Shown piece by piece: positions 48,665 through 58,553 of a DNA stretch of 64,000 nucleotides. The translations under genes and the position numbers were made by a program. Every line of letters starts with the position of its first letter. Within the stretch, counting starts at the first letter, position 1. The notes beneath the pieces are model-generated. The model saw only the letters and a program-made list of their open reading frames with translations, was not told the origin of the DNA and searched no databases. The DNA comes from Pseudomonadota bacterium (GTDB lineage: Bacteria > Pseudomonadota > Alphaproteobacteria > Rhodobacterales > Rhodobacteraceae), in contig JBCCPS010000006.1 of assembly GCA_039024775.1 (NCBI GenBank), positions 3,432 to 67,431 of the forward strand, read 5' to 3'.

Positions 48665-48897
48665 TTTGCAACGCGCCGTCCTTTGAATTGCCAGCAAAAT
48701 AGGGCGCGCGCACGTGGGTATCTGAAACAAATTATCGGCAATGAAGTGTCTGGCAGGGGGCGATAAATCTCGCGCAAGCGGAACAAGTCAGGAACACGCC
48801 CGCGCGCGCAGCAATCGGCCCTTTTTGAAAGGAATGATTGGAAACTTCTTCGCGACGACCCTAAGTAGGTCTGGTGCACCGCAGAGAGGGCAGCACC

Positions 48898-49998
48898 ATG
48901 ACGATTATCACACCGGTAGACAAAGGACCTGACCGCGACGCCGCTGAAGAGGCGTTGGAGACGCTCAAGACCTGGGCCAAAGGCGCCACTAAGGCCGAAC
49001 TGGATGAGCTTGACCCGTCCATCCGCCGGGTTCTGACCGACCGGGGCGACGAGTATCCTGAGTACAGCCGCACCTATCCGGATGATTTTGAGGCTGGGCC
49101 CAACTACAAGGCTACGCTGCCCGATCTGCAGAACGGTCCGGCAAGCCTCATCCGCGGGGCAAAACGCCAGATCCAGCACGTGGGTATCTCCAATTTCCGG
49201 CTGCCCATCGGCTTTCACACACGCGACAATGGCGACCTGACGCTTGAGACGTCGATCACAGGCTCCGTGAGCCTGGAGGCCGACAAGAAGGGCATCAACA
49301 TGTCGCGCATCATGCGCAGCTTTTACAAACACGCGGAGCAGACCTTCAGCTTTGACGTGATCGAAAAGGCGCTGGACGACTATAAAACCGATCTGGAAAG
49401 CATCGACGCGCGCATCCAGATGCGGTTTTCCTTCCCGGCCAAGGTCGAAAGCCTGCGCTCGGGTCTGTCGGGCTATCAGTACTATGACATCGCGCTGGAG
49501 CTGGTGGAACAGAACGGTGTGCGCCAGAAGATCATGCATCTGGATTATGTCTACTCCTCCACCTGTCCCTGCTCGCTGGAGCTGTCAGAGCACGCCCGCG
49601 CGACCCGCGGCCAGTTGGCGACGCCCCATTCGCAGCGGTCGGTGGCGCGGGTGTCGGTGGTGATGGATGGTACCCCGCAGGCGCGGCTCTGGTTCGAGGA
49701 CATGATCGAGCTGTGCCGCCGCGCGGTGCCGACGGAGACGCAGGTGATGGTCAAGCGCGAAGATGAACAGGCCTTCGCTGAGTTGAACGCCGCGAACCCA
49801 ATTTTTGTGGAGGATGCGGCCCGGCTGTTTGCCGAGCAGCTTGAGCTGGACGAGCGGATCGGGGATTTCCGGGTGGTGGCGAGCCATCAGGAAAGCCTGC
49901 ACAGTCATGACGCGATTTCGGTGCTCACCGAGGGGCCGACGTTTGAGATGGCAAGCATCGATCCCAAGATGTTCAGCACGCTTTTCCACGTGGGCTGA
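48898..49998 (+). CDS. folE2: GTP cyclohydrolase IB (FolE2)
   Basis: KGINMSR, SSTCPCS, PHSQRS, VKREDE, FVEDAAR, ESLHSHDA. Confidence 0.95.
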   Translation: MTIITPVDKGPDRDAAEEALETLKTWAKGATKAELDELDPSIRRVLTDRGDEYPEYSRTYPDDFEAGPNYKATLPDLQNGPASLIRGAKRQIQHVGISNFRLPIGFHTRDNGDLTLETSITGSVSLEADKKGINMSRIMRSFYKHAEQTFSFDVIEKALDDYKTDLESIDARIQMRFSFPAKVESLRSGLSGYQYYDIALELVEQNGVRQKIMHLDYVYSSTCPCSLELSEHARATRGQLATPHSQRSVARVSVVMDGTPQARLWFEDMIELCRRAVPTETQVMVKREDEQAFAELNAANPIFVEDAARLFAEQLELDERIGDFRVVASHQESLHSHDAISVLTEGPTFEMASIDPKMFSTLFHVG

Positions 49999-50022
49999 GC
50001 CGGATCATCCACCAAGGTTTTG

Positions 50023-50054
50023 GCCCCGGAGCTCTGAAGGCTCCGGGGCTTTTC
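50023..50054 (+). terminator. intrinsic terminator after folE2
   Basis: GCCCCGGAGC-tctgaag-GCTCCGGGGC-TTTT. Confidence 0.8.
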
Positions 50055-50105
50055 GTTGACGCGCCCGCGCTTGCAGCGGCGCGGGCCTTGCGGTTAGCTC
50101 GCCCC

Positions 50106-51317
50106 ATGACAACACGGCAGCTCATCGTATTGGCCGTCTGCGTGGCCATCTTTGCGCTGGGCCAGTTTCACCGCGCTTCCGGTTCCATCTTTACGCCCCT
50201 GCTGATGGAGCAGTTCGCGCTGACTGCTGCCGTTGTCGCGGGGCTGGTGTCGGCGATGTTTTTTGCCACCATTGCTGCGCAGATGCCTTTCGGCTGGGCG
50301 CTGGACAGGCTCGGCCCGCGCCCGGTGCTGACCCTTTCGATTTTGCTTGTGGCGCTGGGCACGCTGCTTTTTGCGCTCGCGGGCTCTTATGCGCAGGTCC
50401 TGGCGGCGCGCATTCTGATCGGGGTTGGCCTGGCCTCCATGGGGGCGGCCAGCCATGTGATCATCGCGCGCAATTTTCCGGCGGCCGACTTTGGGTACAT
50501 GAGTGGGCTTGTGGTGACCTTGGGCGGCATCGGCGGGCTCTTGGGGACCTTTCCGCTTGCCTTCGCGCTGGAACGCGCGCCATGGGGTGGCGTCTTTGGG
50601 GGTGTTGCGCTGGTCACGCTGGGGTTGAGCTTTGTGGTTTTCAAAGCAGTGCGGCCCGCCGCGCCCTTGCGAAAAAGCGGGTCGCAGGACACAGACGCGG
50701 GTGCACGTGCTGGTGGCTATCTTGAGCTGCTTAAGCTGCCCGAATTTCGCGCGATCCTGGCGCTCAGCATTGTGACCTATGCGCCGATCACAACCGTTAC
50801 CGGCCTTTGGGGTGGGCCGTTTTTGCAAGATGCGCTTGGATTTTCACCAGAGGCCGCAGGCGGCACGCTGTCGGTGCTTTTTGCCGCGACCATCCTGGGC
50901 GGATACTTCTTTGGCCTGTTGGACCGCCACGCGCCCAGCAGGCGCAGCGTGATCCTGGGCGGGGCAGGCATGTCAGTGCTCTGCCTCGCTGCGCTTGCCG
51001 TTTTGCCAGGGCAGGGGAGCCTGCTGCCTGTCATGCTCCTGCTCAGCATGGTGCTGGCGCAGCAGTTCTATGTGCCTTTGGGCGCGCAGATGCGGCATGC
51101 GGTGCCGGACCATCTGTTGGGCCGGGCCTCCACGCTTTTCAACCTTTTGGCGGTCGCGGCCATTCCGCTGTTGCAGCTGGGCTTTGGCGCGGTGTTGGAT
51201 GCCTGCGCGGCGGCAGGCTGGAGCGAGGCCGCCCAGTTTCGCGCCGCCTTTGGCGTGATGGGCGCGGTGATTGGCCTGTGTCTGCTGGGGTATCTGTTGC
51301 TGAATGGGCGGCGCTAG
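50106..51317 (+). CDS. MFS transporter
   Basis: GWALDRLGPR motif A; about 12 TM helices. Confidence 0.9.
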   Translation: MTTRQLIVLAVCVAIFALGQFHRASGSIFTPLLMEQFALTAAVVAGLVSAMFFATIAAQMPFGWALDRLGPRPVLTLSILLVALGTLLFALAGSYAQVLAARILIGVGLASMGAASHVIIARNFPAADFGYMSGLVVTLGGIGGLLGTFPLAFALERAPWGGVFGGVALVTLGLSFVVFKAVRPAAPLRKSGSQDTDAGARAGGYLELLKLPEFRAILALSIVTYAPITTVTGLWGGPFLQDALGFSPEAAGGTLSVLFAATILGGYFFGLLDRHAPSRRSVILGGAGMSVLCLAALAVLPGQGSLLPVMLLLSMVLAQQFYVPLGAQMRHAVPDHLLGRASTLFNLLAVAAIPLLQLGFGAVLDACAAAGWSEAAQFRAAFGVMGAVIGLCLLGYLLLNGRR

Positions 51318-51435
51318 GAGGCTCAGGCTTGCATCCCCTGCGGCCCGGCTATGCGGTTTTGGCGGTTCTGCTGCGGCGCAGCATTGCCTAAGTTTGGGTC
51401 ATCCGAAAAGAACGATATGACCAGAGGACCTTCAA

Positions 51436-51687
51436 ATGGCCTATACCAATCAAACCCTGCGGGCCTCCCCCTTCAGCGCGCTCACCCGCGCCTTCAGCGC
51501 AGCCGCCCGGGGCATCGCGGCGATTTTTGACAGTTTCGCTCTGGCCCTTGCAGTCAGCAATACTGCGCAAGCGCGGCTGGAGCAGGCAGAGCAGCTGCAG
51601 GCGAAAACCGATGCCGAGCTGGCCGAGATCGGCATCGCACGCGACGACATCACGCGCTATGTCTTCCGTGACCTGATGTGGACCTAA
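51436..51687 (+). CDS. DUF1127-like small protein
   Basis: LQAKTDAELAEIGIARDDI; GAGGA RBS. Confidence 0.8.
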   Translation: MAYTNQTLRASPFSALTRAFSAAARGIAAIFDSFALALAVSNTAQARLEQAEQLQAKTDAELAEIGIARDDITRYVFRDLMWT

Positions 51688-51766
51688 TCGAGAAGACTTG
51701 AGGTCACCCTCGTCCAAAGCCTCTTGCACGCTTGACACCGCAGGCGCGCCGCGACAACGCTGACCC

Positions 51767-53215
51767 ATGCTGGACCCGCGCCCTGTCGGATATGTCATTG
51801 GCCTGCTGGTGGCGGTGCTGGGGCTTTTCATGGTGCTGCCGCTTCTCGTGGACGTGGCAGAAGCGCGCGGACATGAGCGGGTTTTTCTGAACGCGGCTGC
51901 GCTTACCTTTTGCTCCGGTGCCCTTTTGGCGCTTGTCTGCATGCGGGGTCTCAAAGAGGGCTTGTCGATCCAGCAGACCTTCATGCTGACCACGGGCGTC
52001 TGGGTGACACTGCCGCTGTTTGCGGCGATCCCTTTCATGCTGGGCGCGACAGATGCCTCCTTCACGGATGCGTTCTTTGAGGCGATGTCGGGCATGACGA
52101 CAACCGGTGCCACGGTGCTGACGGGGCTGGATGACATGCCCAAGGGGTTGCTTTTGTGGCGCGGGATCATGCAATGGCTGGGCGGCATTGGCATCATCGT
52201 GGTCGCAATGGTGTTCCTGCCCGAACTCAAAGTCGGCGGCATGCAGATCTTCAAGTCCGAAGCCTTTGACACCATGGGCAAAATCCTGCCCCGCGCGGGT
52301 GAAATCGCGCGCCAGATTTCTGTCATTTACCTTTGGCTGACCGTGGCTTGCGTGGCCAGCTACCTGGCTGTGGGGATGAGCACCTTTGACGCCACGGTCC
52401 ATGCGCTGACAACCGTGTCGACGGGCGGCTTTTCCAACTACGACGCCTCTTTTGCGACCTTTTCGGGACCCGCAGAATATGTCGCGGTGATCTTCATCAT
52501 CCTCGCGGCCCTGCCTTTCGTGCGCTACGTGCAGATGATCAATGGCAACGTCACCGCGTTGCACCGCGACAGCCAGGTGCGCGCCTTCGTCGTGCTGTTG
52601 GTCGGGCTGGTGCTGGTCAGCGCCTTTGCGCTGCGCAAGGCCACCGGCGCCGGCGCAGAGCCTGCGTTTCGCCAAGCGCTCTTCAACATCTCTTCGATCA
52701 TTTCAGGCACGGGCTATGCCTCTGCCGATTACATGCAGTGGGGGCCGTTTCTGGTCGCACTGTTTTTTTTCATCGGGCTCATCGGCGGTTGCGCGGGCTC
52801 GACCTCTTGTTCGATCAAGGTGTTTCGCTATCAGCTTCTGTTTGCCTCTATCCGGTCGCAACTGATGCTCATCCGCTCGCCCCACGGAATCTTCACGCCG
52901 CGCTATGACGGGCGCACGGTGGGCCAGGACGTGCTGAACTCCGTGATGTCGTTTTTCGTCTTTTTCGTGGTTGTGATGGGGCTGGTGGCGGTGGGTCTGG
53001 GCCTCACGGGGCTCGATTTCGTGACCTCCGTCTCGGGCGCGGCGGCGGCACTTGCCAATATCGGCCCGGGACTGGGCGATATCATCGGACCTGCGGGCAA
53101 CTACGCCTCGCTCAATGATACCGCTAAGTGGATCCTATCCATCGCGATGCTGATCGGGCGGTTGGAGCTGATGGCCGTCTTTGTCATCCTCACCGTCAAC
53201 TTCTGGCGCGGTTAG
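51767..53215 (+). CDS. trkH: Trk system potassium uptake protein TrkH
   Basis: EAMSGMTTTG, WLGGIG, STGGF, GGCAGST, NIGPG, GRLE. Confidence 0.95.
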   Translation: MLDPRPVGYVIGLLVAVLGLFMVLPLLVDVAEARGHERVFLNAAALTFCSGALLALVCMRGLKEGLSIQQTFMLTTGVWVTLPLFAAIPFMLGATDASFTDAFFEAMSGMTTTGATVLTGLDDMPKGLLLWRGIMQWLGGIGIIVVAMVFLPELKVGGMQIFKSEAFDTMGKILPRAGEIARQISVIYLWLTVACVASYLAVGMSTFDATVHALTTVSTGGFSNYDASFATFSGPAEYVAVIFIILAALPFVRYVQMINGNVTALHRDSQVRAFVVLLVGLVLVSAFALRKATGAGAEPAFRQALFNISSIISGTGYASADYMQWGPFLVALFFFIGLIGGCAGSTSCSIKVFRYQLLFASIRSQLMLIRSPHGIFTPRYDGRTVGQDVLNSVMSFFVFFVVVMGLVAVGLGLTGLDFVTSVSGAAAALANIGPGLGDIIGPAGNYASLNDTAKWILSIAMLIGRLELMAVFVILTVNFWRG

Positions 53216-53313
53216 CCATTTTCGAAGTCGCTGGCTTCAGCTAAGGGCGGGGAATGCAGTCCGCTCTTTCGCAAAAGGGCTGCCCTCACACATCCACCTT
53301 GGAAAGGAGCCCC

Positions 53314-54903
53314 ATGTCTCAGACCCGTCCGCTTGGCGCGCAGATCTCCCACATGCTCAAAGACCGGGGCGTGGATGTCATCTTTGGCATCCCCGGCGTG
53401 CACAATCAGGAGCTTTACCGAGGGATCGAGGAGGCCGGGATCAGCCATGTGCTGGCGCGTCATGAGCAGGGCGCGGGGTTCATGGCGGACGGCTACGCGC
53501 GGGCGACGGGCAAGCCCGGGGTGGCCTATGTGATCACCGGTCCTGGGCTGACGAACATTATGACGCCCGTGGGCCAGGCCTATTCCGACAGCGTGCCGAT
53601 GCTGGTGATCTCCTCCTGCCTGGATGAGACGGCAGCCCGGCGGGGGCAGTTGCACCAGATGAAGGACCAGCGTGCGGCGGCGGAGACGGTCTGCGACTGG
53701 TCGGAGGAGGCGCGGACGGCGCAGGCGGCCTATGGGCTGATCGACCGCAGCATACAGGAATTCCACGCCCTCAGGCCGCGGCCCAAGCACATTCAAATCC
53801 CGATCTCTGTCCTTGAGGCATTGGCAGATCCCGCTCCGGTCCGGGGAAACGGTCTTTCTGATGGGGTGCTGCAGTTGGGCGAATTGAGCGGTGTTGTCGC
53901 GCATCTGATCAAGGACGCGCGACGCCCCATTCTGGTTTTAGGCGGGGGCGCGCGGGATGCGGTGGCCGATATCCGCGATCTTCTGGCGCGGTGTCCCATC
54001 CCTGCCTTCACGACTTACGCAGGGCGCGGCATCGTGCCGCCGGACTATCCGATGTCGTTTGGCAGCTTCCTGGCGCGGCCGGGGTCGGCGGAGGTCTTTG
54101 CGCAGGCGGATTTGGTGATCGCGGTCGGGACCGAGTTGGCCGAAGTCGATCTGTGGCGCGACCAGCTTGGTCAGACGGGAACGCTCGTTCGCATTGACAT
54201 TGATGCGGAAGCGCTGAGCGACAGCAAAGGGAATACGCTGCGCTTCAATGCCGCAGCGCATACCGTTTTCGCGGCTTTGAAAGAGGTCAAGGACCTCCCA
54301 GACGCTTTTGATTGGGTGCCCGAAGACATTGCCGCAGCGCGCGACCGTTGGCGCGCGGAGGTTGAAGCGGAGTACCCGGGCATCCCCACCATCTGCAACG
54401 CGCTGAAAGCCGCTTTGCCGCAGGGCACGATGATCTACTCCGACATGACCCAGTTTGCCTACGCCGCCAAGGAGGTCTGGGATATGGACCGTCCCGGCCA
54501 TTGGCACCATCCCTACGGCTTTGGCACCTTGGGCTATGCGGTGCCTGCCGCCATCGGGGGTCAAGTGGGACGGCCCGGGCTGCCCACGATGGCCATCGTC
54601 GGGGACTACGGCTTTCACTATACCTGCCAGGAGCTGGGGGTGGCGGTAGAGCTGGGCCTGCCGCTGCCGATCATCCTGTGGGATAACGGCAAGCTAGGGG
54701 CGATTGAGGCCTCCATGGTCTCCGCTCAGATCGCGCCTAACGCGGTGGTGGCGCGCAATCCGGATTTTTGCAAGCTGGCGGAAGCATTTGGGGCGGCGTC
54801 CGCAGCGCCGGGCAATCTGGAAGAGATGCAGCAGGCTGTCGCCCAGGCCTTTACGGCCGAGGGACCCACGCTCATCTATCTCACGCCCGCCGTGCTGGGC
54901 TGA
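53314..54903 (+). CDS. thiamine diphosphate-dependent enzyme (acetolactate synthase/2-oxoacid decarboxylase family, AruI-like)
   Basis: FGIPG, RHEQGAGFMADGYARATG, TGPG, GDYG...DN. Confidence 0.88.
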   Translation: MSQTRPLGAQISHMLKDRGVDVIFGIPGVHNQELYRGIEEAGISHVLARHEQGAGFMADGYARATGKPGVAYVITGPGLTNIMTPVGQAYSDSVPMLVISSCLDETAARRGQLHQMKDQRAAAETVCDWSEEARTAQAAYGLIDRSIQEFHALRPRPKHIQIPISVLEALADPAPVRGNGLSDGVLQLGELSGVVAHLIKDARRPILVLGGGARDAVADIRDLLARCPIPAFTTYAGRGIVPPDYPMSFGSFLARPGSAEVFAQADLVIAVGTELAEVDLWRDQLGQTGTLVRIDIDAEALSDSKGNTLRFNAAAHTVFAALKEVKDLPDAFDWVPEDIAAARDRWRAEVEAEYPGIPTICNALKAALPQGTMIYSDMTQFAYAAKEVWDMDRPGHWHHPYGFGTLGYAVPAAIGGQVGRPGLPTMAIVGDYGFHYTCQELGVAVELGLPLPIILWDNGKLGAIEASMVSAQIAPNAVVARNPDFCKLAEAFGAASAAPGNLEEMQQAVAQAFTAEGPTLIYLTPAVLG

Positions 54904-54974
54904 GAATTTCCTTTGAAAGGAAATTCCCAAGGCTTTTGCAAAAGCCTTGGGCAAAACTCTTGCAAGAGTTTTGC
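54904..54974. repeat. array of three palindromes with about 24-bp period
   Basis: GAATTTCCTTT-g-AAAGGAAATTC; CCCAAGGCTTTTG|CAAAAGCCTTGGG; GCAAAACTCTTG|CAAGAGTTTTGC; centres at 54915, 54938.5, 54962.5. Confidence 0.92.
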
Positions 54975-56755
54975 TACTCCCAGCAGCTCACCAGCACGGT
55001 CATTCCCTGCGCGGCCAACGTCAGATCGCGCGGTGCGACGCGCCCAACACTGTCAGCTGCCCGCAGGCGCACTCCGGCTTGGGAGGCCACATCGGCAATC
55101 GCCGCCGCTTCCAGGGCAAAGCTGACGTCCTCGGGCAGTTGCGGGCCATCGCCCGCTTTTGGCATCAGCATCCCCATGACCTTGCCACTGGCGTCAAAGA
55201 CCGGCCCCCCCGCATCCCCGGGCTGGGCGGCGAGCGCGAGGCGGCTCAGATCAGGCTCGCCGCGCAGGCCTTTGAGGTCAGAGAGCGTGCCGAACGTCAG
55301 CGTGGCAGCGCTCAGCACGCCCTCATAGGAAAACCCGGCCACGGACACCTCTGATTGCAGGCGCGGCGTGTCCACCGTGAACTCCGCCACCGCGCGCGGG
55401 GCCAGCGTCCGGGCGGGCCGCAGGATCGCGATGCCGCGCGCGCTGTCATCGGCCAGAAGCTCCGCGTCCGTGTCGCCGTCTATGGTCAGCCTGCCGCAGG
55501 ATTGCACCGCCTCCGACGTGGTGGCCACTGTCCCGCTTTGGTCAATGAAAAAGCCGGAGCGGGAGACGCGCGGCACCCGGACCTGCAGCCCTGCAACAAG
55601 GTCAATCGCCTGATCCTCATCGCTGCCTTCCGCCGGATCAAGCACACCTGGCAGGCGCGCAAAGCTCTTGCGCATCTCGTCCATCACCCGGCTGCGCCGC
55701 TCTTCGTCCCCGGCAGACCAGATCAGGGTGAAGCCTTTGATCTGCCCGCCCTCCAATGACGCGGTCGTTTCACTGACAATGCGCGCATTCTCCCCCTTGA
55801 GCGTGAAAGAGCTGCGGCCCCGCTCGCGGGGCCCATTGAGCGGCACGATCTCCAGTGTTTGCATGATGTCATAAAGACCATAGAGCGTGTCCTGATCGCC
55901 CGCCTGGCTGATCAGCAGGACCCGCGCGCCGATGTCACCGGTGCTGTTGTACTGCGCAAAAGGGGCCTCGTATTTATCAAACGCCACCTCGGCGGTGGGC
56001 ATGAGTAGGCTGATCCCGGCCTTTGCATCCGTCACGACCTCAAGCCCCAGACCGTCGAGCACCGCGTTGTACTGCTGGAGAAGGGCCGCGCGTTGCAGCG
56101 TGGTCAGAATACCGGTGCGCTCATATCCGTTTGCCTCCTGCCAGGCGGCCATGGAGGCACGGGTGCCGCGGCCAAAAGAGCCGTCAATGGCGGCCGTGTA
56201 GTAACCCGCCCATTGCAGCGCGATCTGAAGCGCCTTGCGTTCGTCCGCCGACAACGCGCGTTCGGACCGCCGCGCTTCCTGCGGGGTTTCGTCCACAGGC
56301 GCGGGCGAGTTGACTTCAGCGGTCTCCGTCGTGGTCTGGGTCGTATTCGTTTCTGCCGTGGGCGCGGGCGTCTCTACGTTGGAAGGTGCCTCCAGCACGC
56401 CGCTGCCCAGCACATTCGCACCCACCGGCCAGAATTGCTGGCGAAAGCTGCTGGACAGCGCCAGAAAGCTGTCGCGCGGCACGATGCGGTCGCGCACGTA
56501 TTGGCGCAGTACCAATTCGGCGTCCGCCCGGCGGTAAGGCCCTACCGCGATGCCGTACCAGCCGCCGCCCAGGGCAAAGCCGTTCACGTCTTCCAAAATG
56601 CCTGCATAAACCCGCGCGCGGTTGGTGGCCGCCGCCAGCGAGGGCTGCGCTTCGATCTGCACCCAGACGATGTCATCAGGCGACTGGCTCTGCGCCTGCG
56701 CGCCCAGGTTGAACACTAGAAAAACAGCCGTCAGGGCCATGAAAATACGGGTCAT
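54974..56755 (-). CDS. secreted protein with SPOR-like, peptidoglycan-binding and inactive trypsin-like domains
   Basis: signal peptide; LQIALQWAGYY..IDGSFGRGTR; RSGFFID...TTSEAV...GIAIL...GDAGGPV. Confidence 0.85.
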   Translation of the reverse strand: MTRIFMALTAVFLVFNLGAQAQSQSPDDIVWVQIEAQPSLAAATNRARVYAGILEDVNGFALGGGWYGIAVGPYRRADAELVLRQYVRDRIVPRDSFLALSSSFRQQFWPVGANVLGSGVLEAPSNVETPAPTAETNTTQTTTETAEVNSPAPVDETPQEARRSERALSADERKALQIALQWAGYYTAAIDGSFGRGTRASMAAWQEANGYERTGILTTLQRAALLQQYNAVLDGLGLEVVTDAKAGISLLMPTAEVAFDKYEAPFAQYNSTGDIGARVLLISQAGDQDTLYGLYDIMQTLEIVPLNGPRERGRSSFTLKGENARIVSETTASLEGGQIKGFTLIWSAGDEERRSRVMDEMRKSFARLPGVLDPAEGSDEDQAIDLVAGLQVRVPRVSRSGFFIDQSGTVATTSEAVQSCGRLTIDGDTDAELLADDSARGIAILRPARTLAPRAVAEFTVDTPRLQSEVSVAGFSYEGVLSAATLTFGTLSDLKGLRGEPDLSRLALAAQPGDAGGPVFDASGKVMGMLMPKAGDGPQLPEDVSFALEAAAIADVASQAGVRLRAADSVGRVAPRDLTLAAQGMTVLVSCWE

Positions 56756-56909
56756 TGTCAGCCAAGCTCGATGGATTCTCAATCCGGGGCAGGTAATCAG
56801 GAAAGCACCGGGAATGCCATGGGCTTTGGCCGCATTCGGGTAGGTATTGCAGCGATTGACCCTTGCGCGCCACATGCCTATGCACGGGGCGAAATTCAAA
56901 GGTATAAAC

Positions 56910-57848
56910 ATGTCTCAGACCGCGACCACGCCCCGCTCGTTTCAGGAGATTATCCTGGCGCTGCAGTCCTACTGGGCGGCCAAGGGCTGCGCGGTGCTGC
57001 AGCCCTATGACATGGAAGTGGGCGCGGGCACGTTTCACCCCGCGACGACCCTGCGCTCGCTCGGCTCCCAGCCATGGGCGGCGGCCTATGTGCAGCCCTC
57101 GCGCCGGCCCACAGACGGGCGCTACGGTGAGAACCCCAACCGCTTACAGCACTACTACCAGTATCAGGTGCTGATCAAACCCTCCCCGACGGACCTGCAG
57201 GAGCTCTACCTAGGCTCATTGGAGGCCATCGGGATCGACATGGCGCTGCACGACATCCGCTTTGTCGAAGACGACTGGGAAAGCCCGACACTGGGCGCCT
57301 GGGGGCTGGGCTGGGAGGTCTGGTGCGACGGCATGGAAGTGAGCCAGTTCACTTACTTCCAGCAAGTGGGCGGGCACGACTGCCGCCCCGTCTCGGGCGA
57401 GCTGACCTACGGGCTGGAACGGCTCGCGATGTACGTCCTGGGCGTGGATCACGTGATGGACATGCCCTTCAACGCGCCCGATGCGCCCATCCCGCTGACC
57501 TACGGCGATGTCTTCAAACAGACGGAAGAAGAATACGCGCGCTGGAACTTCGACACCGCCAACACGGAGGTGCTGCTGCGCCAATTCGAGGAGGCGGAGG
57601 CGCATTGCAAGACGATCCTGAATGAGCCCGCCCAAGATCCAAAGACCAGCAAGCGCATCGTGATGGCGCATCCCGCCTACGACCAATGCATCAAGGCCAG
57701 CCACATGTTCAACCTGCTCGATGCACGCGGCGTGATCTCTGTCACTGAACGGCAGGCCTACATCGGGCGCGTGCGGCAGCTTGCGAAGATGTGCGCGGAT
57801 GCCTTCGTTGAGACCCGGGCGGGCGGCTGGCAAGAGGATGCCGCGTGA
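56910..57848 (+). CDS. glyQ: glycine-tRNA ligase alpha subunit
   Basis: [32 protein letters not shown]. Confidence 0.98.
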   Translation: MSQTATTPRSFQEIILALQSYWAAKGCAVLQPYDMEVGAGTFHPATTLRSLGSQPWAAAYVQPSRRPTDGRYGENPNRLQHYYQYQVLIKPSPTDLQELYLGSLEAIGIDMALHDIRFVEDDWESPTLGAWGLGWEVWCDGMEVSQFTYFQQVGGHDCRPVSGELTYGLERLAMYVLGVDHVMDMPFNAPDAPIPLTYGDVFKQTEEEYARWNFDTANTEVLLRQFEEAEAHCKTILNEPAQDPKTSKRIVMAHPAYDQCIKASHMFNLLDARGVISVTERQAYIGRVRQLAKMCADAFVETRAGGWQEDAA

Positions 57849-57960
57849 TCCTGCGCATTGCCACGACGGTGATCCGCGCGTTCAACGCTGCGCAGGGGCC
57901 GGCTTCGAACGCGCTGGCTCTGGCTGGCGTGGACGCACAAATCGGGGCAGGAGCCGCGCA

Positions 57961-58476
57961 ATGACGGGCAAGATACTGGGGATCATCCTTATGTTTTCGG
58001 CACTTATCGCGGGCGCGGGGCTCTACTACCTTCAGGTCTACGGCTATTACAACGAAGTAGCGGAGGATGAGATCACGCTGGTCTCACTTACCTCTCAGGA
58101 GCCGGAGGCCATCGCGGCAGACGCTTTTCAGGGCATCGATGCGGAAAGCTCGCCGATCCGTTATCGCGCCTGTTTCGAGACCGATCTGAGCCTCGCACTC
58201 CTGACTGAGACCTACGTGCTGCTGGAGGACGCGACCCCGCGCAACGCGCCGGGCTGGTTCGACTGCTTTGACGCCGCCGCCATCGGGGCCGAACTTGACG
58301 CGGGCACCGCGCTGCCCTTCCTGGGGGCCAAGAACGTGCACTTTGGCGTGGACCGGATCGTGGCCATCACCGAGGACGGGCGCGGTTACGTTTGGCACGA
58401 CCTCAACGACTGCGGTGAGAAAGCCTATGACGGCACCATCGTGGGCGAGGAATGCCCCGAACGGCCTACGGACTAG
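57961..58476 (+). CDS. conserved hypothetical membrane-anchored protein (DUF6446-like)
   Basis: N-terminal TM helix; SSPIRYRACF, APGWFDCFDA; located between glyQ and glyS. Confidence 0.8.
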   Translation: MTGKILGIILMFSALIAGAGLYYLQVYGYYNEVAEDEITLVSLTSQEPEAIAADAFQGIDAESSPIRYRACFETDLSLALLTETYVLLEDATPRNAPGWFDCFDAAAIGAELDAGTALPFLGAKNVHFGVDRIVAITEDGRGYVWHDLNDCGEKAYDGTIVGEECPERPTD

Positions 58477-58553
58477 GGGACGTAAACCGGCCTTGTCGCC
58501 GCGGGGCCCGCCCGCTATGCCCCGCTTGACATCACACCCCTAGGAAGCCGCCC

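Noticed and set aside
48670-48897. Riboswitch in the long leader of folE2
   Set aside because: I could not recognise any SAM, THF, ZTP or other aptamer consensus.
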